Part shown: piece by piece, positions 29,248 to 39,297 of the stretch | Numbering within the stretch: the stretch's first letter is position 1 | How the letters are laid out: the number at the start of each line of letters is the position of its first letter | NCBI GenBank assembly: GCA_963520895.1 | Contig: CAUQSW010000002.1 | Span: 13,823 to 77,822, forward strand | Length of the DNA stretch: 64,000 bases | Source: an uncultured Corynebacterium sp. | GTDB taxonomy: Bacteria > Actinomycetota > Actinomycetes > Mycobacteriales > Mycobacteriaceae | Direction: 5' to 3' | The notes under the pieces: generated by a model | What the model was told of the DNA's origin: nothing | Database searches by the model: none | What the model saw: only the letters and a program-made list of their open reading frames with translations | Program-made: the position numbers and the translations under genes

Positions 29248-30822
29248 ATGAGTACGCCTATAACCCATGAATCTTCCTCCCACGCACTTGTGGAAGATGC
29301 CGAAGTACGCGATCCCAAGGAATGGCGCAGGCAACTGATCGGCATGATTGCAGGCGTGATGCTTGCGCTGCTGGTCTATGCCGTTTTCCCCGATTCAGCC
29401 GTCACCATGGTTAACCAAGCCGACCCCGAACTAGAAACCACCGACAGCATGCTGCGAATCACTGCCGCGGTGGCAGTTTTGATGGGGGTGTGGTGGATGA
29501 CCGAAGCGATCCCATTGGCAGCCACCGCGTTATTGCCCATGATTGTCTTCCCGCTGTTGCAGGTGATCCCACTCAAAGAAATCGCCGCGCCGTATGCCGA
29601 CCCCACAATCTACCTGTTCATGGGTGGATTTATCCTAGCGCTGGGTATGCAGCGGTGGAACTTACATCGGCGATTAGCGTTGCGAGTAGTGCTAATCGTG
29701 GGGACCAAACCAAAGCAACTCATTGCGGGTTTCATGTTAGCTACCGGTGTGCTGTCCATGTGGGTATCCAACACCGCTACCGCAGTAGTGATGCTGCCCA
29801 TTGGCGTGTCAGTGCTACAGCTTACCGCTGAAACCGTAGGAGGCATGAAGAATCAAAAACGCTTTGCCACCGGTCTGATGCTCGCCATTGCCTATGCTGC
29901 ATCCATTGGATCACTAGGTACTATCATTGGTACACCACCGAATGCCCTCATGGCGGCCTATATGGAAAACACCCACGATGTGCATATTGGCTTCGGGCAG
30001 TGGATGATCGTCGGAGTGCCACTGGCTACCCTGTACATGGTCATCGCGTGGTTCGCTCTGGTGACCATCTTCAAACCAGAAGTAGACTCAATCCCTGGCG
30101 GCCAAGAACTTATCCGAACCGAACTCAACAAGATGGGAAAGATGGGATTCGGCGAAAAAGCTACCATGATAATTTTTTCGCTGGCCGTATTTTGCTGGGT
30201 ATTTATTCCGGTCATTATCAAACAACTTGGGGTCGACATCGAAATTGCCGACGCCACCATTGGTCTGACCGCCGCGCTTGCAATGTTTATGATCCCAGCC
30301 GATAGGAAAACCGGGATTCGGTTGATGGACTGGAAAACTGCAAACGAACTGCCCTGGGACGTCCTACTGCTTTTCGGCGGCGGATTGGCGCTATCGAAAA
30401 TGTTCTCAGATTCTGGGTTATCCATCTGGATCGGCGAACTGGCAAAGGGACTAGGATCGCTGCCGCTTATACTGCTGATTGCCATCTTTGCCGCACTGGT
30501 GCTGATTTTGACGGAATTTACGTCCAACACCGCCACCGCAGCTACCTTCCTGCCCATCATGGCGGGCGTGGCCATCGGTATTGGACTCAGTGCCAACGGA
30601 AATCAAAATATCCTCCTGCTCACCATCCCAGTAGCCCTAGCCGCAACGTGTGCCTTTATGCTGCCCGTTGCTACACCACCAAACGCCATTGCCTTTGGCT
30701 CCGGCTACGTCAAAATTGGCGACATGATCAGAGGCGGCGTGTGGCTCAACATCATTGGCGTGGTGCTGGTTACGCTGACCACCTATTTCCTTGCAGTTCC
30801 GGTATTTAATATCATCCTGTAA
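29248..30822 (+). CDS. SLC13/DASS sodium:dicarboxylate symporter (DccT-like)
   Basis: WWMTEAIP, SMWVSNTAT, IGTPPN, TEFTSNTAT, FMLPVATPPNAI. Confidence 0.92.
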   Translation: MSTPITHESSSHALVEDAEVRDPKEWRRQLIGMIAGVMLALLVYAVFPDSAVTMVNQADPELETTDSMLRITAAVAVLMGVWWMTEAIPLAATALLPMIVFPLLQVIPLKEIAAPYADPTIYLFMGGFILALGMQRWNLHRRLALRVVLIVGTKPKQLIAGFMLATGVLSMWVSNTATAVVMLPIGVSVLQLTAETVGGMKNQKRFATGLMLAIAYAASIGSLGTIIGTPPNALMAAYMENTHDVHIGFGQWMIVGVPLATLYMVIAWFALVTIFKPEVDSIPGGQELIRTELNKMGKMGFGEKATMIIFSLAVFCWVFIPVIIKQLGVDIEIADATIGLTAALAMFMIPADRKTGIRLMDWKTANELPWDVLLLFGGGLALSKMFSDSGLSIWIGELAKGLGSLPLILLIAIFAALVLILTEFTSNTATAATFLPIMAGVAIGIGLSANGNQNILLLTIPVALAATCAFMLPVATPPNAIAFGSGYVKIGDMIRGGVWLNIIGVVLVTLTTYFLAVPVFNIIL

Positions 30823-30894
30823 GTGCATAATAACCAGCGTGTTTGTGCGTTGCGACGGCGCGGTGTAAAGTCTTTTCCGTTGCTAACGCAACCT

Positions 30895-30970
30895 GCGCCC
30901 GTAGCTCAACGGATAGAGCATCTGACTACGGATCAGAAGGTTGGGGGTTCGAATCCCTCCGGGCGCACCA
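30895..30970 (+). tRNA. tRNA-Arg(ACG)
   Basis: GCGCCCG/CGGGCGC stem, TCTGA-CTACGGA-TCAGA anticodon arm, encoded CCA. Confidence 0.96.
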
Positions 30971-30977
30971 GATAAAT

Positions 30978-31006
30978 CCCCAGTTCACGGTAGGTGTGAG
31001 CTGGGG
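30978..31006 (+). terminator. Hairpin after tRNA-Arg
   Basis: CCCCAGTTCAC / GTGAGCTGGGG stem. Confidence 0.55.
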
Positions 31007-31288
31007 GTATGGTGTATGAAGCACGAAAACCCCGCAGGACGGGGTTTCGGCAATGTGGAGTTGCGTACGTTCGCAATCCCTACACCTCATAATGTAGCGA
31101 GCGCTTCAAAGTTAAATCAATGGGGCTTGCCAAGAAAATAAAAAATTTAAACCTTGTGCAGCATGACACACGGTGGCGACTCTGAAATACGAGTAACGCG
31201 CCAATTCCGATGGCCACTCAGCTTCTGTTGAGCGGCCATTGTGCTTTACGACGAGCAGACAGGTTCGTCGTAAAGCATTGTGGTGCCA

Positions 31289-33013
31289 CTAATCTGTGAG
31301 CCTGAGTCTCCGGTAGCGATTGACGGCGGCAAAGATTTCCTGTTTGCGGGGACGCGCAAGTAATCCGGGATGTCCGCTGTGTGGTGATAAGACGTCGACA
31401 CCTTGGGCATCGATTTCATGGCACAGCTCGTCAATGAGCTGCGTGAGGCTGTGCTTTCCGGTGGTGCGTTCCGCGAGGCGATCGAGGGCGTGGGCGATGG
31501 CTACGGTTTGTGTGGCGTCGATAAGCTGCAGTACTGCGGAAAGCGCAATGGTTTCCTTCCCATAGCGAATTTCGTGTAGACCGTGTGCTCGGGCGGGTTT
31601 GGTCTTATGGGGATCCGAAAGACCACGCGCGGTAGGTATCCGGGGTGGCATATGATCAAACACAGAGCCCGAGCTTGGGTGATAGGGTAGCGCAATGGCA
31701 TGGGCTTGCTCGGTAACATCTTCTACCCGGTAGGAATCTAAGGCAATGACATGATCAGCAACGCTGAAAAACGCGCCGGAGCCACCAGCAACGAGGATAG
31801 TGGAGATGCCTTTTTCCTCGAAAAGCGGACGAACTCGGTCAACGAAGGGGGTAATGGGCTCTCGGCTGCTGGGAATCAGCTTGCGCATCTGCTCATCGCG
31901 AATCATGAAGTTCGTGGCGGAGGTGTCTTCATCAATGAGCAGTGCGCAGCTGCCCGATTCAACGGCTTCCACGAGGTTTGCTGCCTGTGAGGTAGAACCC
32001 GAAGCATTGGTGGTGAAAAAGTGCTGGGTATTAGCGCCCGAGGGCAGGTTGGAAATAAATGGAGAAATATCCACATCAGTGACCGAACGGCCGTCTTCAG
32101 CGCGAATCGCCATGGCATTAGCGCGGGTAATTGCCCATTCCCGGCCATCGCCACCAATATGGGAATACACCCCGCGTTCAATTGCACGCAATAAGGTTGA
32201 TTTCCCGTGGTAGCCACCGCCCACAATCACCGAAACCCCGGTGGGAATCCCCATACCAGAAACCGTACGGCCGCTGGGCAGCTCAAAGGAAACCCGCAGC
32301 GACTCTGGGCTTTCGAACGGCACGGAACCGTTAAGCAGCGGCAGGTCGGAATCCCCAGCGCGACGCGGCAAAATAGCACCATCGCCCACGAAGGCGATGA
32401 GGTCATTTGGTTGTAACTGACTCCGCAGAAACTCTTGGTCGCGGAATAACGTGACATGTGCGCGCAACTGTTCGGCATCAAGATTTTCATAAAGTAATGC
32501 CTGTTCAGCAATGTCAATGAGGTCTTCAGTCAGCAGACGCTCGGCCTGAAACCCTCGGATCCGTCGCCCAGCAGCGGGCAGGCCAACAAGGATCCGTGCC
32601 TCCAGCTCATCATCGGTAAAAACCACACTTGAGCGTTCCAGCACCGCTTGGCCAGGATGCCCAATACTTATCGAGCCACTATTGCCGCTACCGCGATTAT
32701 TCCCATGATCCCGGCCACCACCCGATGAGCGGTTGAGGGTGTGTTTGGCGATCTTGGCAAACTGCCTCGTTAAAAAGTCACTGACCGCAACCCTGCCCAG
32801 CTTATCGGAAATCAAATCTTCCGGTATAGCGGCATCTTCTTGGTAGAAGATTACTCGCATGAGCGACGGAGGTGCGAAGGGATCAGTCTGTACTCGATCG
32901 ATCACCAGCTCGCATGATCCGAGGTCATAGTTTCCCTTTAAGCGTTTGTAGGAGCCGTAGTTTTGGCCATCGAGGCTAGCTAGCGTGCGTTTGAGGTCGT
33001 GGAGATCGCGCAT
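31289..33013 (-). CDS. Stand-alone ABC-class ATPase (ABC_ATPase/PF09818-type)
   Basis: YGSYK.L.G.Y, QTDPFAPPS, GGGYHGKST, NASGSTSQAA, LIDEDTSATNFMIRD, A.NRYR.L. Confidence 0.85.
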   Translation of the reverse strand: MRDLHDLKRTLASLDGQNYGSYKRLKGNYDLGSCELVIDRVQTDPFAPPSLMRVIFYQEDAAIPEDLISDKLGRVAVSDFLTRQFAKIAKHTLNRSSGGGRDHGNNRGSGNSGSISIGHPGQAVLERSSVVFTDDELEARILVGLPAAGRRIRGFQAERLLTEDLIDIAEQALLYENLDAEQLRAHVTLFRDQEFLRSQLQPNDLIAFVGDGAILPRRAGDSDLPLLNGSVPFESPESLRVSFELPSGRTVSGMGIPTGVSVIVGGGYHGKSTLLRAIERGVYSHIGGDGREWAITRANAMAIRAEDGRSVTDVDISPFISNLPSGANTQHFFTTNASGSTSQAANLVEAVESGSCALLIDEDTSATNFMIRDEQMRKLIPSSREPITPFVDRVRPLFEEKGISTILVAGGSGAFFSVADHVIALDSYRVEDVTEQAHAIALPYHPSSGSVFDHMPPRIPTARGLSDPHKTKPARAHGLHEIRYGKETIALSAVLQLIDATQTVAIAHALDRLAERTTGKHSLTQLIDELCHEIDAQGVDVLSPHSGHPGLLARPRKQEIFAAVNRYRRLRLTD

Positions 33014-33203
33014 GTACTGGAGTTTTCTATATTGTGTTCCCAGGTTCAAATTACAGGTTCAAATTGTGAGGCAGCGTAACGGCTTCGGAAAAGTTGAAGC
33101 TTGTCAGGCGCAGGTTTTCTAACTGCGGAGTCACCGGTGCCTTTAACTAGCGCAGGAAATGAGAAGGCGCTGGGTGGGTGTTGCTGTCGCGTAACTTCAA
33201 TAA

Positions 33204-34460
33204 TCAGGGGCACAGGCTAGCTAAAGGAATAACCCATACGCCATCTGGTCGTTGCACTACCGGACCGGTGGGAATAATCACCACCAACGCGGCTGGTGGT
33301 GATTCGATATGAGCAGCAACATGCAGCAACTGCTTGGCAGCCTTGTCTACCCCATGATGTGATAACTTCATTTCACATCCAATCCAATCGCCATCGGCGT
33401 TTTCGACAATCGCATCGATTTCCAGTCGGCCTTTGACATCACGAAGATGATATACGCCACGAGAGCGCAGTGCCTGTGCGTAGACGCGAAGATCATGGAC
33501 TGCAAGGGATTCGAAAATTATTCCCAACGTTTCCAGATCGCTAAGTAGCCTTTTCGGACTTGCCCTCAGTAATGAAAGAGCAAGAGAAACATCCGCGAGA
33601 TGCCGTTTGGGCGTTTGAATAAGCGTCGTGCGGGAACGCAATTTTGTCGACCAAGCTGGCTGATCTTCAATAAGAAAAAGTCGCGAAGCAAAATCATGCA
33701 GCTGTGGAACTAAGGCCTCCGCTGGAGTAGTTCCTGTGATCTCTCCCATGCGGCGGCCAATAGCTTTAAAGGACGCAGGTTGCGCAATAACTCCAGCGTA
33801 TGCCTCCAAAAACGCATAGAACCGCCGAGGATCGCGCCGGGAGCCACCGATCAGGGGATAATCATGCTCACTCATCATCGCTAGATAGGAGGCCACTTCA
33901 TCAGAAGCATCTGTTACATCCAGATCCTGTAGTCCAGGCCAGCCACCGGAAGTCATCCATTGAGCATAATCTTCGACTGACGCATCTGTACCACTGTTAG
34001 GTTGCAGGGTGCCGTCGAAAAGTTTACTTAACGACGCTGCCTCGCTCTGTGTATCATCAAAGCGCTCCATGAGTGACATGGTACGCATGGTCAGCGCTCG
34101 GATTCGGCCAGCGCCGGAATGTCGGCGCGATTCTAGCTCTGGGGTTGCTGAACCGGTGAGAATGAATTGACCTCGAGATTTGCGATCATCAATGGCATGG
34201 CGCACTGCATTCCAAATCTCCGGTATTGCTTGCCACTCATCGATCAGGCGCGGAGTTGCGCCAGCAAGCGCTAAGCGGGGGTCAGTAAGGGCGGCGAAAG
34301 TTTCAGGAGTTGACTCGTCAAGGCGAATTTCAGAAGAACATGCCCGCTGTGACGTCGCTGTTTTTCCACATGCGCGCGGCCCACGGACATAAACAGCCCC
34401 GCTGGTTCGCAAGCCACGTTGTAATTCCTCATCCACTATTCGGGGAAGATAATCGCTCAT
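33204..34460 (-). CDS. AAA_14 ATPase with DUF4143 domain
   Basis: YLPRIVD, GPRACGKT, LIDEWQ, FILTGSA, HSGAGRI, FES..V.DL, EIDAIVE..EMK. Confidence 0.88.
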   Translation of the reverse strand: MSDYLPRIVDEELQRGLRTSGAVYVRGPRACGKTATSQRACSSEIRLDESTPETFAALTDPRLALAGATPRLIDEWQAIPEIWNAVRHAIDDRKSRGQFILTGSATPELESRRHSGAGRIRALTMRTMSLMERFDDTQSEAASLSKLFDGTLQPNSGTDASVEDYAQWMTSGGWPGLQDLDVTDASDEVASYLAMMSEHDYPLIGGSRRDPRRFYAFLEAYAGVIAQPASFKAIGRRMGEITGTTPAEALVPQLHDFASRLFLIEDQPAWSTKLRSRTTLIQTPKRHLADVSLALSLLRASPKRLLSDLETLGIIFESLAVHDLRVYAQALRSRGVYHLRDVKGRLEIDAIVENADGDWIGCEMKLSHHGVDKAAKQLLHVAAHIESPPAALVVIIPTGPVVQRPDGVWVIPLASLCP

Positions 34461-34478
34461 GAGCTTAGAGCTTAGTTA

Positions 34479-34527
34479 AGAGGTATGGATTTCTCCATAC
34501 CTCAGGCATGGAGAAATCCATACCTCT
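34479..34527. repeat. Perfect 20-bp inverted repeat built from two tandem palindromes
   Basis: AGAGGTATGGATTTCTCCAT-9nt-ATGGAGAAATCCATACCTCT, starting 19 bp upstream of the AAA/DUF4143 ATG. Confidence 0.9.
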
Positions 34528-34806
34528 AATGTGACACTGGGTGTGGTCGGTGGTTATTATGAGGAAGATAGAACCCCGCCGAGAAATTAGGATGATCGTA
34601 GGACGTGAAAGCCGTACCTGTGGTTAACTGCCTAGTTTGGCGGGGTGACAAATAGTATCAGCAACAATATTTCCAAGTTCACACCAATGGCTCCTCGTGC
34701 GCACAGTGAATGGCCTGGAACAGCTAAAACACTGCCACACAGGTAACCCCCGGAACATGTTAAAACTCAAAGGCACGACGATAAAACGCGGTATACGGTA
34801 GGACAA

Positions 34807-35598
34807 CTACGGCTTTGGAACAACCATTGGCCGGTCGGTAAGTGGATCAGGAACTATCAAGCACTCGATGCCATACACGTTTTTGATTAACTCGGCTGTT
34901 ACGATCGTTTCTGGAGTGCCTTCCGCAACAATTCCCCCTTCTTTCATTACTATCAAATGTGTTGCATAACGGAAGGCTAGATTGAGATCGTGCAACACGG
35001 CAATAAGCGTGTAGTTGCCAGAACTGTGCAGTCTTTTACAAAGATTGAGCACCTCTAGTTGATGAGTAATGTCAAGAAATGTTGTTGGTTCATCAAGTAA
35101 GAGTAACGACGTCTGCTGTGCCAAGACTAGGGAAATCCAAACCCGTTGCTGCTGACCGCCGGACAAAGTATCCATCTGACGATGAGCAAGCTCTGATACA
35201 CCGGTGGCCGAAAGTGCTTGTTCGATTGCGGCGTCGTCTTCAGCTGACCACTGTCGCAGCATTCGTTGATGGGGAAACCTTCCTCTTGCCACTAAGTCAC
35301 GAACCGTGATCCCCTCAGGACTGATACTTGCCTGCGGCAACAGTCCTAACCGCTTGGCTACTAATTTTGTCGGTAGGCGAGAAATATCTTTGCCATCAAG
35401 CAAGATTTCTCCACTGAGTGGTTCTAAAAGCCGAGCTAATGACCGTAGAAGGGTAGATTTTCCACATGCATTGGGGCCGACAATTACGGTAAAAGAGCCA
35501 TCCGTGATGTTGAAGTTGAGGTTTTCAACAATTGCAACATCTTTATAACCGAGGGTAGTACTGACTGTGCGTAGCGGCGAATGAGGATTGGTAGCCAT
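34807..35598 (-). CDS. Ferric siderophore ABC transporter ATP-binding protein (FepC-like)
   Basis: GPNACGKST, LSGGQQQR, LDEPTTFLDI, VLHDLN. Confidence 0.92.
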   Translation of the reverse strand: MATNPHSPLRTVSTTLGYKDVAIVENLNFNITDGSFTVIVGPNACGKSTLLRSLARLLEPLSGEILLDGKDISRLPTKLVAKRLGLLPQASISPEGITVRDLVARGRFPHQRMLRQWSAEDDAAIEQALSATGVSELAHRQMDTLSGGQQQRVWISLVLAQQTSLLLLDEPTTFLDITHQLEVLNLCKRLHSSGNYTLIAVLHDLNLAFRYATHLIVMKEGGIVAEGTPETIVTAELIKNVYGIECLIVPDPLTDRPMVVPKP

Positions 35599-36641
35599 TA
35601 GACATTTTCTTTCGTCAAAATCCAAAGAAGGTACATTCCACCAATTAGCCCAGTGGTTAATCCTACAGGAAGGGCAAAACCTACGGGGATATTCTGGGAA
35701 AGTACATCAGCAGAAAGTAATAATGAAGCACCAAAGAGCGCTGATGACAATACTTGCACTCGTCCACTTCTAGTCAGACGCCTTGTGATTTGTGGCCCGG
35801 CTAAGGCAATAAACGCAATCGGTCCAGCAGTTGCTACGGAAACAGCAGTAAGTGCTACTCCCGAGAACATCACAGTAAAACGTTGGGCCTCTATTCGGAT
35901 ACCTAGTTGTTGTGCCTGTTCATCACCCATTTCTAAAATATCGAGTTTTCGCGCTGCAAAAACAAGTAATGGAAGAAACATAAACATCCCAATGAGTGCT
36001 GGATAAACATCTATCCATTCTCGGGCATTTAGCGAGCCGCTTAGCCACAGCTGTGCTTTGATAGCTAAGTCAATATTTCCTTTGGCCAAGATCAAACTAT
36101 TAGCAGCCGATAGCATGGCGGAAATGCCAATTCCGATGAGCACAAGGCGGTAGCCGCCACTTCGGCCATGGTTTCTGGCGAGAAGATAGACGATCACTGC
36201 GGTAAGTAATCCTGAGCAAATGGCTGCAAGTGATGTCGCTATAGGGCCTAGATTAAAAAATACTATTTCTATCACGGCACCAGTGGCAGCGCCAGTAGTA
36301 AAACCAATAACATCCGGTGAGCCTAGCGCATTCCTAGAAACCGACTGGAAAACACCGCCAGCTGCTCCAAGTGCAGATCCAACAATTAGGGCTGCTACTA
36401 CCCGGGGGAGGCGAATACCCCAGATAACTAACTCGGTTCGATTATCTGAGTTTCTTAACAACGCAGCAAACACCTGCTGTGTGGAAAACTGTATTGTTCC
36501 CGTCGATAAGCTCAATAGTGATAGTAGGACAATGATAACTGTCAGAATTATGACGAGCGCAATCGTTCGTTTCTCGATCTGGAGATGAATTTTCCCCAGC
36601 TTTAACCGTAGGCGAGTGGTGTCAGGTTGTATGGTTGTCAT
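35598..36641 (-). CDS. FecCD-family permease (FepG-like)
   Basis: IRLPR, FQSVSRNALGSPDVIG, WLSGSL. Confidence 0.92.
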   Translation of the reverse strand: MTTIQPDTTRLRLKLGKIHLQIEKRTIALVIILTVIIVLLSLLSLSTGTIQFSTQQVFAALLRNSDNRTELVIWGIRLPRVVAALIVGSALGAAGGVFQSVSRNALGSPDVIGFTTGAATGAVIEIVFFNLGPIATSLAAICSGLLTAVIVYLLARNHGRSGGYRLVLIGIGISAMLSAANSLILAKGNIDLAIKAQLWLSGSLNAREWIDVYPALIGMFMFLPLLVFAARKLDILEMGDEQAQQLGIRIEAQRFTVMFSGVALTAVSVATAGPIAFIALAGPQITRRLTRSGRVQVLSSALFGASLLLSADVLSQNIPVGFALPVGLTTGLIGGMYLLWILTKENV

Positions 36642-37660
36642 AAGCCGCTTACCTTTCCCTTTCGTACTAACCAGATGAAAAAGGGTGCGCCAATGAAAGC
36701 GGTCATGATTCCTACCCCGATTTCGTTTGGGCTAAGGATAACTCGGCCAACGATATCAGCTACAAGTAGCAGTAAACTAGCTATTATGGCGGAGTAGGGG
36801 AGGACCCAGCGATGATCTGGGCCGACTATTATTCGGGCAATATGCGGTGCCGCTAAACCTATAAACCCAATGGGACCAATGGCTGCCGTGGTTCCTCCAG
36901 TAAGAATTATGATTGCTGCATTGGTAAAGTTCCTGGTAGTTCGTATATTGACGCCGAGGGCTTTGCCGAGGCTAGTGCCTAAAGCTACCGCATTAAGCGA
37001 CTGTGCAAGAAAACAACAAATAATCAAGCCACAACCGAAGCTGATTAATACAACCGGTACAAATGCCCACCCTCGACCGTCTAATGAGCCAGTTACCCAC
37101 GCTCGCATGGAATTAAACACTTGGTTGGCATTGGAAAGCACGACAATCGTCGTTAAGGAACCAACCATGATGGACAACCCAGCACCTGCTAGCACTAAGC
37201 GAACCGAATTAACTCCAGTGTCTCCAGCTCTACCAAGTCTATGGACGATGATGGCTGTGACTCCAGCTCCGATGAAAGCAAACCAAATATAGACAGTAAT
37301 GGTGGTGGTTGGTACGAAAAGCAACCCCAACACCACACCGGCAGCAGCGCCAGCATTGACACCCAACGTGCCTGGTTCGGCCAGAGTGTTTCGAGTTAAA
37401 GATTGCATTAGCGTTCCAGCCAAACCGAGACTTGCACCGGCAAATACTGCGATCAAAGTTCGGGGAATGCGTAGCTCATACACAATGAGATGGTTAGTGT
37501 CTGTGGCATCATAATGAGTAATCGCATGCCATACGACTTCAGGTGCAAGCGGGTTGGAACCAATGAACAGGCTTATTCCCATAAGTGGTATCAGCGACAC
37601 TAACATGCAGAGGAGTACTAGTCCATTACGAGGCGTTGTACTCCATCGGTTCTCCATCAC
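36638..37660 (-). CDS. FecCD-family permease (FepD-like)
   Basis: LRIPRT, MQSLTRNTLAEPG, IGFIGL..PH, GAPFFIWL. Confidence 0.92.
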   Translation of the reverse strand: MMENRWSTTPRNGLVLLCMLVSLIPLMGISLFIGSNPLAPEVVWHAITHYDATDTNHLIVYELRIPRTLIAVFAGASLGLAGTLMQSLTRNTLAEPGTLGVNAGAAAGVVLGLLFVPTTTITVYIWFAFIGAGVTAIIVHRLGRAGDTGVNSVRLVLAGAGLSIMVGSLTTIVVLSNANQVFNSMRAWVTGSLDGRGWAFVPVVLISFGCGLIICCFLAQSLNAVALGTSLGKALGVNIRTTRNFTNAAIIILTGGTTAAIGPIGFIGLAAPHIARIIVGPDHRWVLPYSAIIASLLLLVADIVGRVILSPNEIGVGIMTAFIGAPFFIWLVRKGKVSGL

Positions 37661-38685
37661 TTGCCGTAAGCAGCAGACACGGCATCAACAATATCTCGAC
37701 CGGAATATGGATCAATCCGGAACGATGTTAGACCTAGCGGATAAACAGCTTTATTCTTAGTAGATTTTAGGTTGGCAAGAACCGCTTCTTTTTCAAACTT
37801 GGACACGTTGGTTTCGTCACTGCTGAGCAAGAATACGGCATCGCTGTTATCTAAGACTTTAGGTAGATTTTCCAGAGAAACAAAGGAGAAATCTTCCCGC
37901 GGCCTTGAGGAAGTATCTAAATCTTCGGACGCTTCAATAACGGTGAAACCTAAAGCCTCTAATAAAATTCCATGGGAACCTTTCTTTTTGGCGACACCTT
38001 GTTCGGCACCTGGACCATTATAAGAAACTATAGAAATTCCTCCAGAAGGAGCGGTAATGTTACTTTTAGCGTCTGCAACATAGGAATTGAATTCTGATAT
38101 AGTTTTTTCGGCATTTTCTTCAAGGCCAATTGCTGCGCCAAGCTCTTTGGCTAAGCTTTGCCAAGATTGCTTCGAATAATCAATAGCGATCGTTGGAAAT
38201 TGCGCGCTGATCTGGTCATATTGATTGCTTACTGAGTCTGCTCCACTTACTGATACAATAACAAGATCTGGGTCTTGGGCGATCAGTGACTCCATATCGA
38301 ACTCAAGGTTGGGATAGAGTACTTCCACTCCTTTCTCTTTGGCTACATCTGACCACTGGCTGAAGAAACCTTGGCTATCAGTGATTTCCGACGGTTCTGT
38401 TGCTGCTGATGCTACGACAGGGGCATCAATCGCTAACAGGGTTCCGGTTGCCGAAACAGCGGTATTGGCAATCCGTTTTGGCTGCGATTTGACTGTGGTT
38501 TCTCCTAGTTCGTGCTTGACTGTCCTAGGCCATGTTCCTTGATCTACAGATTCGCCCTGTGCGCCTGTGTCAGTGGTTGATTGATTAGTTTTGGAATTAG
38601 ATGAAGATTCTGTGCAGCTAATTGATGTGGTCGCGATGACGATACCCAAAATCACTGCGCTGATTTTCTTGGTTACTTTTTGCAT
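37657..38685 (-). CDS. Ferric catecholate-binding lipoprotein (FepB-like)
   Basis: Lipobox SIS-C; WPRT, GTLLAIDAPVVAS, GFFSQW, SFRID.YS. Confidence 0.9.
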   Translation of the reverse strand: MQKVTKKISAVILGIVIATTSISCTESSSNSKTNQSTTDTGAQGESVDQGTWPRTVKHELGETTVKSQPKRIANTAVSATGTLLAIDAPVVASAATEPSEITDSQGFFSQWSDVAKEKGVEVLYPNLEFDMESLIAQDPDLVIVSVSGADSVSNQYDQISAQFPTIAIDYSKQSWQSLAKELGAAIGLEENAEKTISEFNSYVADAKSNITAPSGGISIVSYNGPGAEQGVAKKKGSHGILLEALGFTVIEASEDLDTSSRPREDFSFVSLENLPKVLDNSDAVFLLSSDETNVSKFEKEAVLANLKSTKNKAVYPLGLTSFRIDPYSGRDIVDAVSAAYGK

Positions 38686-38767
38686 CTATCCTCGATCCTT
38701 CGGGTTGAAAACCTATCAAAAATTGTACAGAAATTTTCTTTCTGATTGGCGATATTATCAAACTAAT

Positions 38768-38786
38768 CAAGGAAAGGCTATCCTTA
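38768..38786. promoter_or_regulatory. DtxR-like box upstream of the uptake operon
   Basis: CAAGGAAAGGCTATCCTTA versus consensus TWAGGTWAGSCTWACCTWA. Confidence 0.7.
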
Positions 38787-39066
38787 ATCTAGTTTAGATT
38801 GTCAAAGTTTATGTTTTATCTTTACGGCTCTTCCTGTATTGGCGGGTGTGGAACTGGTTGATATTGAAGGGGCGATCTTCACCTTTGTATGCATTTGAAA
38901 CGTCGCCAAGCTCAGGCGTTGGCTGATGTACAGGTTGCCAGCCATAGAAGTGCAGTTTGATTTTTATACTGTGCGACTTCAGGGGCTGTTCGGGGTGTGA
39001 TTTGTACTCGGGGAAGAGGTTAGCATGCCGAGGGGATTTGCCAACTTTTGGGGGTACTAATTTAAA

Positions 39067-39105
39067 TTAGGGTTGACTAACTTTAGCAAAGTTAGGGTAC
39101 CATCT
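39067..39105. promoter_or_regulatory. DtxR-like box with a weaker tandem box, upstream of the biosynthetic operon
   Basis: TTAGGGTTGACTAACTTTA (39067-39085) followed by CAAAGTTAGGGTACCATCT. Confidence 0.7.
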
Positions 39106-39297
39106 ATGGCAGAAGGATTGCTGTACTATTTGGCTCCTATCTGGTGGTGGTTATCTAGAAAAAATAGAACGTTTGCAACAGAAATATTGTTTGTGTCGGT
39201 GTTTTGTTGGTCGAGTGACCGAAAAAGAAGTAGCAACCTAGTCTGATGACGGATTTAGGCGATGTTATTGGAACATGGCGGGTAAGGAAGTAAACGG

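Noticed and set aside
31020..31100. GTGGAGTTGCG.. segment faintly resembling a reverse-complement tRNA/tmRNA att remnant, after a small hairpin
   Set aside because: Match is too short and degenerate, and no integrase is nearby.
34624..34806. 60-aa ORF downstream of the FepC-like gene
   Set aside because: No motif or clear RBS.
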